Of a DNA stretch of 64,000 nt, positions 10,893 through 19,361 are shown one piece after another. The position numbers were made by a program, and so were the translations under genes. How positions within the stretch are numbered: position 1 is the stretch's first letter; the number at the start of each line of letters is the position of its first letter. The notes under the pieces are model-generated. The model did no database searches, was not told the origin of the DNA, and was given only the letters and a program-made list of their open reading frames with translations. The stretch is from an uncultured Methanolobus sp. (GTDB lineage Archaea; Halobacteriota; Methanosarcinia; Methanosarcinales; Methanosarcinaceae), in NCBI GenBank assembly GCA_963675495.1, contig OY776215.1, positions 1,440,001 to 1,504,000 on the forward strand. The letters are read 5' to 3'.

Positions 10893-10966
10893 GGGCTCGT
10901 GGTCTAGCTGGTTATGACGTTGCCTTCACACGGCAGAGGTCGGGTGTTCGAATCTCCCCGGGCCCA
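10893..10966 (+). tRNA. tRNA-Val(CAC)
   Basis: Acceptor stem GGGCTCG/CGGGCCC, anticodon arm TTGCC-TTCACAC-GGCAG, T-loop TTCGAAT. CCA is not encoded. Confidence 0.95.
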
Positions 10967-11521
10967 TCATAATTCTATTCACTTAAATTTCGCAATGAAG
11001 AGCTTTGTTTTTGTGATTTAGAGCTGACTACCAAGGATTCATTTTTACTGTCAGTGAGGTGTTGAGCGAAGCGAATCACCTCGTTTCGCGCTCCAGATGC
11101 GTAATCTGGAGTATGCAGAAGCATGATCTGGCTTCCTTAGCCCATATGATTTTTCTGATAACGATTTTAAATTATTCTATTTTCATATATCATGCAGAGA
11201 CATTGAACCTGATCCTTTACTTTTTCTCACACAATTTCAAATCTAAAAGCAATGTAAATTCAACAACATGCAATATATTTTTTATTTAGTAAAAAGTCTA
11301 ATATTATTATATATATATACAGCCATAATAATTATGAAATAACTACCCAGGTTTCCATTCACAAACTTCCAAACAAAAAAAGAGATGTTGGCGATGACAA
11401 AAAATGAATATCTGCTACGAAATGCATTCAAGCATTTCATTAATTCAAATGTTGAAGCAACAACATGTATTGACACCTGGCCATGCCAGAAAAAACAGAA
11501 TCATGCATGTGAGGTAATGCT

Positions 11522-13636
11522 ATGAAATATGCAATCCTATTAATCCTGCTTTTGAATATATTTGTAGTATCAGCGTGTGCTGCTCCGGTTTCCGAGTTTA
11601 CTTCCAATGTGACTTTCGGATCATTCCCACTTGCTGTTTCTTTCACTGATCTTTCTGCCAACAGTCCCACCGGATGGGCATGGTACTTTGGTGACGAGGA
11701 TATGTCCGGTTCATGGACCGAGATGAATTCCAGTGCCGGTTGGTCTGGAAGATCATATCATAGCAGTGTTGCACTACCTGATGGTAGCATTGTGTTAATG
11801 GGAGGCTATGCTGCATCTAACGATGTGTGGCGTTCTGTAGACAACGGATCTACCTGGACTGAGATGAATTCCAGTGCTGGCTGGTCTGCAAGATATGCGC
11901 ATAGCAGTGTTGCACTTCCTGATGGAAGTATTGTATTAATGGGCGGGATTGATGCTTCTTTCAATTACAAGAACGATGTATGGCGTTCCACTGATAATGG
12001 TGCTACATGGACTGAGATGAATTCCAGCGCCGACTGGTCTGCAAGAGAAAGCTTTAGAAGTGTTGCACTTCCTGATGGAAGTATTGTTCTGATGGGAGGC
12101 TATGATGGTTCATCTAAGAACGATGTATGGCGCTCTGTAGACAACGGATCTACATGGACTGAGATGAATTCCAGTGCTGGCTGGTCTGCAAGATATGCGC
12201 ATAGCAGTGTTGCACTTCCTGATGGTAGTATTGTGTTAATGGGCGGTATTGATGCTTCTTTCAATTACAAGAACGATGTATGGCGTTCCACAGATAACGG
12301 TGCTACATGGACTGAGATGAATTCCAGCGCCGACTGGTCTGCAAGACACTCTCACACTAGTGTTGCACTTCCTGATGGTAGTATTGTGTTAATGGGCGGC
12401 CTTGATGGAAGTCTAAAGAACGATGTATGGCATTCCACAGATAACGGTGCTACATGGACTGAGATGAATTCCAGCGCCGACTGGTCTGCAAGACACTGCC
12501 TTAGTAGTGTTGCACTTCCTGATGGCAATATCATAATAATGGGCGGCTTGTTTAAAAACGATGTATGGCGCATCAACACAGCCGGATCCAATGGACAGAA
12601 CCCAACGCATACGTATACTCAGGAAGGAACGTATAAGGTAACTTTGAATGCATTCAATGCCGCTGGAAGCAATGCCAACACCAAAGCTTCTTACATCACA
12701 GCTCCTGTTGCTCCGGTTGCCAATTTCACAGCTGATGTAACTTCAGGAACAGCACCTTTGAGTGTTTCTTTCAATGACACTTCCACCAATTCTCCAACTT
12801 CATGGTTGTGGGATTTCGGTGACGGAGCTACTTCCACAGTTCAAAACGCAACGCACACATATACAACTGCAGGCACTTATAACGTCAGTTTAACTGCGAC
12901 AAATGTCGGAGGAAATAATACTAGCATGCAGATAGAACGCATCACTGTGAATCCCGGCAGTTCTGAAAGCTCCAGTCCCAGTAGCTCAGGAACCCGTGTA
13001 TCAGTCAGTCAGGGTCAGGACCCTGAGATAGTTACGGCTACAGTTTCATCTATAATGCATGTCACCGGTGGATCAGGAGTTAACTATGAATTCTCTGACA
13101 GAGACACTCCAGTTGTTAGTATAAGCTTTGATGCAAAGAACGATGAAGGTCTGGTTGTTTCCAAAGTTCAGGTTCTGTCAGAATCGCCTAAAGGCATACC
13201 TTCCCCTTCAGGCACTTACTATCAGTTGATGAGCATAGATGTAGGAAATGAAGGTACAATCTCAACAGAAAATGCTGACAATGTTCTCATCCGTTTCAAA
13301 GTGAGCAGGGAATGGATAGAAGATAACGACATTGATGTATCCACCATACGCATGACAATGTATCATGGCGAGCAGTGGCAGGATCTTCCAACCACTCAGG
13401 TAATTGATGATGGTGAGATAATCTACTTCATCGCTGAAACCCCCGGCTTCTCAATATTCTCCATTGTAGGAGACGAGATGGCCGAGACAGACAATGAAGA
13501 CGAACCCGTGGTGACAGAAGAAACGGTTGAGATTGAAACAGAAGAGCTGGTTGCAGAACAAACTCCTGGCTTTGGTTCATTCTCTGCAACCGGTGTACTG
13601 CTGTCAGCATTTGTCTTTTACAGAAGGAAGGATTAA
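11522..13636 (+). CDS. Cell-surface protein: signal peptide, PKD, six kelch/Asp-box-like repeats, PKD, PGF-pre-PGF domain, PGF-CTERM anchor
   Basis: Repeat unit WTEMNSSAxWSAR..SVALPDGSIVLMGG..NDVWRSxDNG; WxWxFGD PKD motifs; TPGFSIFSI and terminal TPGF-hydrophobic-RRK; many NxS/T sequons. Confidence 0.9.
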   Translation: MKYAILLILLLNIFVVSACAAPVSEFTSNVTFGSFPLAVSFTDLSANSPTGWAWYFGDEDMSGSWTEMNSSAGWSGRSYHSSVALPDGSIVLMGGYAASNDVWRSVDNGSTWTEMNSSAGWSARYAHSSVALPDGSIVLMGGIDASFNYKNDVWRSTDNGATWTEMNSSADWSARESFRSVALPDGSIVLMGGYDGSSKNDVWRSVDNGSTWTEMNSSAGWSARYAHSSVALPDGSIVLMGGIDASFNYKNDVWRSTDNGATWTEMNSSADWSARHSHTSVALPDGSIVLMGGLDGSLKNDVWHSTDNGATWTEMNSSADWSARHCLSSVALPDGNIIIMGGLFKNDVWRINTAGSNGQNPTHTYTQEGTYKVTLNAFNAAGSNANTKASYITAPVAPVANFTADVTSGTAPLSVSFNDTSTNSPTSWLWDFGDGATSTVQNATHTYTTAGTYNVSLTATNVGGNNTSMQIERITVNPGSSESSSPSSSGTRVSVSQGQDPEIVTATVSSIMHVTGGSGVNYEFSDRDTPVVSISFDAKNDEGLVVSKVQVLSESPKGIPSPSGTYYQLMSIDVGNEGTISTENADNVLIRFKVSREWIEDNDIDVSTIRMTMYHGEQWQDLPTTQVIDDGEIIYFIAETPGFSIFSIVGDEMAETDNEDEPVVTEETVEIETEELVAEQTPGFGSFSATGVLLSAFVFYRRKD
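11710..12575 (+). repeat. Intragenic tandem repeats (~147-153 bp, six units)
   Basis: Near-identical DNA units; 11819-12046 recurs 300 bp later at 12119-12346. Confidence 0.92.
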
Positions 13637-13659
13637 TAGTGATCCTTCTAACCTTCTTT

Positions 13660-13912
13660 TTTTTGGTTTTCTGAAGTCACTCGGATTTTACACCAATTTA
13701 TTATCAAAGAAAGAACTCAGAGGGCTTTGATAATTCTGTTTTGTTTGTTCAGATATTTCTCTGAGATGCAACCATTCATAGAATGCAACCTTAGAAGTAT
13801 TCCAAAAATCATTGAGGCATCTATCCTGTATAAGATCAGTAGTAGTTCCAAATGTTTGACTCGGCATTCCGAAAGAAGAAATTGTTGCATTTTCGACATC
13901 ATGAAGCTTCAC
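13660..13912 (-). pseudogene. Truncated N-terminal fragment of a probable tyrosine integrase
   Basis: Reads FYEWLHLREISEQTKQNYQSPLSSFF..LV*NPSDFRK, resembling an integrase N-terminal core-binding helix (S..T...Y...L..F). Starts inside the att repeat, has an internal stop and no catalytic domain. Confidence 0.55.
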
Positions 13913-13953
13913 ACGGCAGAGGTAGGGTGTTCGAATCTCCCCGGGCCCATCAT
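13907..13953 (+). repeat. Duplicated 3' half of tRNA-Val (attR-like)
   Basis: CTTCACACGGCAGAGGTAGGGTGTTCGAATCTCCCCGGGCCCATCAT matches 10924-10970 at 46 of 47 positions. Confidence 0.95.
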
Positions 13954-14002
13954 GCTTATTTTGTGATTCTAAAAGTGCTGAAAGCTGCTTCTCTACAATC
14001 CC

Positions 14003-14852
14003 ATGAAACTGAGATTTAATCTGATTCTGACCTTAATCCTTATAAACCTTGCATTAGCAGGCTGTATTGAAATAGAAAGTGAAAACATACAGCATGAACC
14101 TTCAATATACAACAAAAGTACAAATTGCAATGTTAGTAATTTTTCAATTGTTGATTCACCGGTAAACTATGTTTCTGTCAATGGTGTTGAGATAGGGTAT
14201 CGGGAATTAGGATCAGGGGAACCCCTGTTGATGATCATGCCATTTGCCACGAAAATGGATATGTGTAATACTTCTTTTGTAAAACAGCTATCCAGTAGCT
14301 ACAGAGTTATCCTCTTTGATAACCGGGGAATGGGATATTCATCTGACAATAACGAACCGCTCTCAATATCACTATTATTCAACGATACTGCATGCCTGAT
14401 GGATACACCCGGACTGGATTCTGCATATATATTCGGCTCATCCATGGGATCGGTAATTGCTCAGGAATTGGCTCTTGCCCACCCTGATAAAGTGAACCGT
14501 CTGATCCTTTCATCAACAACCCATAGCCTTGATGCCACAGAGGCAACGATTCTGAAGAACAAACTTCAATACTGTTCTACAGACCCTGATACAGACCTCA
14601 TTCTCAGAAAGTATGCGCAAGTAAATCTGAAGTGGAATGGCACATATGAGTGTCTGCCTGAAATTCAAAATAAAGTCCTGCTTCTACCAGCCAACGAGGA
14701 TGTGCTTACCACACCAGACATTTCCATCAAAATGGCAGAAAAAAATTCCTGATACAAAACTTGTCCTATTTGATGGGGGAGGCTATTTGGGGGAGCAGTA
14801 CCTGACTGAAGAATATGCAAACGAAATACTGTTGTTTCTGGCATCAGAATAG
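14003..14852 (+). pseudogene. Alpha/beta hydrolase lipoprotein, frameshifted near the C-terminus
   Basis: LALAGC lipobox, FDNRGMG, GSSMG nucleophile elbow. An A7 run at 14739-14745 shifts the frame; the tail IPDTKLVLFDGGGY...EILLFL continues in another frame to 14852. Confidence 0.7.
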
Positions 14853-14878
14853 TCAGATAAAATAAGGATCTTAATATG

Positions 14879-16696
14879 TTATCCTGATTCCTGCGTTGAC
14901 CCTAGCGGAATCGAAAAAACAAACATGCTCCCCTTACCAACCTCACTCTCAACCCATATCCTGCCATCATGAAGCTCAACAAATTTCTTAACAAGAGCAA
15001 GGCCAAGACCCGTTCCAGAATGTTCATGTGTGAGATACGAATTTAATTGCCTGAAAGGCTGGAAGAGTTTTTCAACATCCTCTTCAGAAATACCAATTCC
15101 TGTGTCCTTTACACTGACCTGAACCATGTCCCCTGCACATCGTGCATTTATCGTCACTGAACCTTTGTTAGAAGTGAATTTAATAGCATTGCTTACAAGG
15201 TTATACAGTATCTGTTTGAACTTTGTTTTGTCGGCACTGATTCTTTCAAGTTGTTGATCAACCTCAACATCCACCTGAATATTCTTTTTCATGGCAAGAG
15301 GATTTATTAGTGATTTTACCTCGTCAATAGCACCAGAAACGGAGAAAAGTTCATACATAAACTCCATTTTTCCAGCTTCTACTTTTGAGAGGTCAAGTAT
15401 GTCATTTATAAGCTTGAGTAAATGTTTGCCAGCCTGAGAAATATGAGTTACATACTGTGTTTGCCTGCCATTCAGACTGCCAAAGGTTTCATCGAGCAAT
15501 ATATCTGAAAAACCTATAACTGATGTTAATGGAGTTCTTAGTTCATGGCTCATGTTGGCCATGAATTCATCCTTACTTTGGTTTGCAGCCTCGGCAATGA
15601 TCTTGGCATGTAGCAGCGCGTCTTCCGCTAGCTTACGCTCAGTAATATCCTCAATAGTTCCTATGACCGCATTTTTTTCAGCATAGTACTCTGCAACAGA
15701 ATGAACATCACGTATAGCACCATCTATTACTCTTTTTACCTTAAACTGAACGTTGTATGGCACCTGATATCTAATGAGATTTTTTAGAGCATCATCCAGC
15801 ATTGGTCGATAATCAGGCAACGGTACTTTTTGTACTTCAAAAATTGTGAAATTTTTTTCATCCAGCCCATATATCCTGAGAGCTTCCTCAGAAGTAGCAA
15901 CTTTACCGGAATTCAGATCAATCACCCAACTTCCAATATGCCCTATTTTTTGCGCAGTTCGCAGTTGCATTTCCCTGGTTTTTAGCTCCTCTTCCGCCAG
16001 CTTACGCTCAGTAATGTCATGGATAACAGAATACAATAGATTTTGTGAATTTACCATGACCGGGCTGCTGTATACTTCAACATCACGGATTTCCCCGTTT
16101 GCGAGCATGTGCTTGAAAATGAAGTAATTTCTCTTTTCGTTTACAGCAACTTTCATCTCGGCCTGCACTTTTTCCAGGGACATGGTATTAATATCATGGA
16201 TGTTCATGCGCGTGAGTTCTTCCAGTGACCAACCATAGTATTCACACGCTGCAATATTAGCGTCAATTATATCTGAACTTTCAGGGTCGATCAACAACAT
16301 GACTGCCTTATTATATTTAAATAAAGACCTGTAAGTATTCCCTTTATCCAATAAGAATTTATCAGTATGGTTAAGAGCAGTAATGTCCTTTAAAATAAAG
16401 ATGAAAGACGGCTCGGGACATTCTATATATGTAGCGCTTACTTCCAGATCAAGAAGTTGGCCATCTTTTGTATGATGACTAATCTCAAAGTGACCTTTGC
16501 TTCTTTCTATGACATCAGGGAAATCATCAATAAGAGCATGCGCGGAAACACCTGCATCAAGGTCTTTCAACATCATCCCAAGAAGTTCATCTTTCGTATA
16601 CCCACTAAGATGACAGTATGCATCATTTGCCTCCAGTATTTGCCCACTGGCAGATATACGCAAATAAGCATCAAATACAGATACTTTTGAATTCAT
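14879..16696 (-). CDS. PAS-domain sensor histidine kinase
   Basis: Three PAS/PAC domains, SHELRTPL, NAIKF, DTGIG, GTGLGL. Confidence 0.93.
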   Translation of the reverse strand: MNSKVSVFDAYLRISASGQILEANDAYCHLSGYTKDELLGMMLKDLDAGVSAHALIDDFPDVIERSKGHFEISHHTKDGQLLDLEVSATYIECPEPSFIFILKDITALNHTDKFLLDKGNTYRSLFKYNKAVMLLIDPESSDIIDANIAACEYYGWSLEELTRMNIHDINTMSLEKVQAEMKVAVNEKRNYFIFKHMLANGEIRDVEVYSSPVMVNSQNLLYSVIHDITERKLAEEELKTREMQLRTAQKIGHIGSWVIDLNSGKVATSEEALRIYGLDEKNFTIFEVQKVPLPDYRPMLDDALKNLIRYQVPYNVQFKVKRVIDGAIRDVHSVAEYYAEKNAVIGTIEDITERKLAEDALLHAKIIAEAANQSKDEFMANMSHELRTPLTSVIGFSDILLDETFGSLNGRQTQYVTHISQAGKHLLKLINDILDLSKVEAGKMEFMYELFSVSGAIDEVKSLINPLAMKKNIQVDVEVDQQLERISADKTKFKQILYNLVSNAIKFTSNKGSVTINARCAGDMVQVSVKDTGIGISEEDVEKLFQPFRQLNSYLTHEHSGTGLGLALVKKFVELHDGRIWVESEVGKGSMFVFSIPLGSTQESG

Positions 16697-17084
16697 GATT
16701 ATCTTATTTGGAACATATGCATATTTTTCATTATCTGACGCTTATTTTCCATTTGAAACACTCAATTTCATAATGATATGCGATTTTGACAAAATAATAC
16801 CCAATAAAGCCAAAATGACAATAGAGACAATTAAAGCAATTATGAATACCTATATAAGGATTTTTAAGATTTTCATTTTATGTAAGAATAATGGCATGCC
16901 ATAGTAAATTAAATATGCTTTTGTGGAACAGATGTGAATCTAATAAAACAAACGACATAATGAAATATAGAGATATGTCTAAGAATATAGTCATTGAGTG
17001 TGAAAAAATAGCAAGCTACACACAAAATACAATCAGTTAAAACAATAAGGTCATATTTATTTAAAAAACAGAGAGGATTAAAGA

Positions 17085-17318
17085 TTAATCCTCTAAACTA
17101 AAATGCCACGGACAATCGTCTTCGGCCTTGTTCTGAATTAAAGCCTTGTACTGAATTTCCGGCATAAATTCCTCTTTGTAATGAGGAAGGTCTGCACTTG
17201 CATATTTAGGGAAGACAAGAGAAACTTCCTTCTGATAGGTGGCTCCATCCGGGCTCAAACTCACACGGAACAGAATCTCAGGCCTGTTCCCATTTTTAAC
17301 AAGATCCGTACTACTCAT
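17085..17318 (-). CDS. Small hypothetical protein (~77 aa)
   Basis: ATG at 17318 preceded by a GGAGTGA Shine-Dalgarno-like sequence; fills an intergenic gap. Confidence 0.6.
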   Translation of the reverse strand: MSSTDLVKNGNRPEILFRVSLSPDGATYQKEVSLVFPKYASADLPHYKEEFMPEIQYKALIQNKAEDDCPWHFSLED

Positions 17319-17559
17319 ATCATTCACTCCTTTCAATTAAAATTCATTCTATTTTATGAACATGTTTTCGAATCTAACTCTCTGACATACATCAGGGATG
17401 AAAGATCACGAAAACATATCCAAACTCACCATATAACACATAAACAATAACAAATATAAACTAATTGGTTTACAATAATATGCTTTATAGCTAACTTAAG
17501 TTTACATCGATCAGCATCTTGGTCCAAAAAAATATATCATATCAAACAAACCTACCTCC

Positions 17560-18072
17560 ATGACCCTTCTATCTAAAAATGAGCTCAGAGCCATGATCAG
17601 CAGTGAGATACCACTTGTTGAGAAAATGACAGACATTGAGACACAGCTTCAACCAAACAGCGTAGAACTCACACTCAAGAACATAGAAACATACACCGGA
17701 GCAGGAGCTGTGGATTTTGACAACAGTGAAAGAGAAACACCTTCAACAGAACCAATGGATTTTGATGAAAATGGATGGGCACACCTTGCACAAGGCACAT
17801 ACAAGATCACATTCAACGAAATAGTGAACATTCCCCTTGATCTTGCAGCTATCGCAAGGCCAAGGTCTACCCTACTCAGGTGCGGAGCCAATATTGGAAC
17901 GGCGGTATGGGATTCAGGATACAGAGGCAGAAGCGAATCGATGCTCGTAGTACATAATCCACATGGTTTCAAGCTTAAAAGGAATGCCAGGGTAATGCAA
18001 CTGTTATTCTTTAACCTTCATAGCGAACTTACGGAAGGATATTGTGGTAAATACCAGCATGAGAACCTGTGA
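17560..18072 (+). CDS. Trimeric dUTPase / dCTP deaminase family protein
   Basis: Motifs QPNSVEL, RPRSTLLR, AVWDSGYRG, RVMQL, Y.GKYQ. Confidence 0.9.
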   Translation: MTLLSKNELRAMISSEIPLVEKMTDIETQLQPNSVELTLKNIETYTGAGAVDFDNSERETPSTEPMDFDENGWAHLAQGTYKITFNEIVNIPLDLAAIARPRSTLLRCGANIGTAVWDSGYRGRSESMLVVHNPHGFKLKRNARVMQLLFFNLHSELTEGYCGKYQHENL

Positions 18073-18126
18073 CATTGTCCCCAGGTTCACGTTAGAATTA
18101 TCTATAATTAAAGCAATCACCCAAGC

Positions 18127-18915
18127 ATGAGTGAAATTGGCAAATCTGTCAGGATGGAAAGGATATTCGACCGCAATACAGGTAATACCATAATAATTCC
18201 CTTGGACCACGGTGTTGGCGCCGGGCCTATCAGAGGTATAATTGATCTGCCTACCACTGTTAACAAAGTTGCAGATGGCGGAGCAAATGCAGTTCTGGGA
18301 CACATGGGCCTCCCTAAACACGGACATCGAGGATACGGGAAGGACATAGGACTTATTATACACTTGTCAGCATCAACATCCCTTGGACCGGACCCAAATC
18401 ATAAGGTCATTGTCACAACGATCGAAGAGGCCATTAAAGTAGGAGCTGACGCAGTGTCCATCCACGTGAACGTAGGTGCCGAGGATGAAGCAGAAATGCT
18501 CCAGGACATGGGATTTGTTGCCCGTCAGTGCGATGACTGGGGAATCCCATTGCTAGCTATGATGTACCCAAGAGGTGCAAAAGTAACTTCCGAACACGAT
18601 GTAGAGTACGTCAAACATGCAGCCAGAATCGGGGCAGAGCTTGGAGCTGACATCGTAAAGACAAATTATACAGGTGACATAGACTCATTCAAGGAAGTTG
18701 TCAATGGTTGTCCTGTACCAGTGGTCATTGCAGGTGGTCCAAGAATGGATACTGAAAAAGAGCTTCTTGAAATGGTATATGACTCACTCCAAGCTGGAGG
18801 AAAGGGCGTTGCTATAGGCAGGAACGTGTTCCAGTCAGATAACCCTACAAAGCTTGTAGCAGATATTTCAAAAATTGCACACAAAGGAATGACAGTAGAA
18901 GAAGCACTCGAATAA
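18127..18915 (+). CDS. aroA': 2-amino-3,7-dideoxy-D-threo-hept-6-ulosonate (ADH) synthase
   Basis: Motifs [41 protein letters not shown]. Confidence 0.88.
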   Translation: MSEIGKSVRMERIFDRNTGNTIIIPLDHGVGAGPIRGIIDLPTTVNKVADGGANAVLGHMGLPKHGHRGYGKDIGLIIHLSASTSLGPDPNHKVIVTTIEEAIKVGADAVSIHVNVGAEDEAEMLQDMGFVARQCDDWGIPLLAMMYPRGAKVTSEHDVEYVKHAARIGAELGADIVKTNYTGDIDSFKEVVNGCPVPVVIAGGPRMDTEKELLEMVYDSLQAGGKGVAIGRNVFQSDNPTKLVADISKIAHKGMTVEEALE

Positions 18916-19361
18916 GAGTGAACTTTTATTTTTAATATTCCAGTGGAAACAAAGGGGTTTTGTTTGTTTCCCACCTATACCTTTTTTTTACATCAGTATT
19001 ATAAAAATCCATAGCCAGCCTAGTATGATCAAGAAATCACCACAGATAAAGAACAGAAACTACGTCTAAATTACAGGATAAAAATAATACAAAAGGATAG
19101 GAAGAGCAAGGTCAGTGTTGAAATGACCAATTGAATCATATAAGATGGTGGTACGATATGATATGATTTGATTATATTCGACCTTGCTCAATCATAAAAT
19201 GTATGAACATGCATATAATATTAATGAACCTAGTTTGGAGATATTACGACATGATTCTACTATTTATGAGCATCATGTTTTCAAAGTACTTTCGTTACTA
19301 TTAAATGCAATGGGCATATCGAGAGATTCATAATAATCATTTACAATTTAGAGGATATTCT

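Larger units (their letters stand above)
10924..13953. mobile_element. Degenerate tRNA-Val-integrated element (~3 kb) bounded by att-like direct repeats
   Basis: 47-bp repeat at 10924-10970 and 13907-13953 with one mismatch; integrase-like fragment beside the right copy. Confidence 0.8.

Noticed and set aside
10942-10958. T-T mismatch in the tRNA-Val T-stem, suggesting a pseudo-tRNA
   Set aside because: All other arms pair and the same bases occur in the att copy; a single mismatch is tolerated.
11710-12575. Possible CRISPR array or DGR in the regular repeats
   Set aside because: The repeats are in-frame coding units of about 150 bp without unique spacers. There are no cas genes, reverse transcriptase or separate template repeat in the window.
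13727-13966. 79-aa plus-strand ORF spanning attR
   Set aside because: It is antisense to the integrase-like stub, ends in translated tRNA sequence and has no motif.
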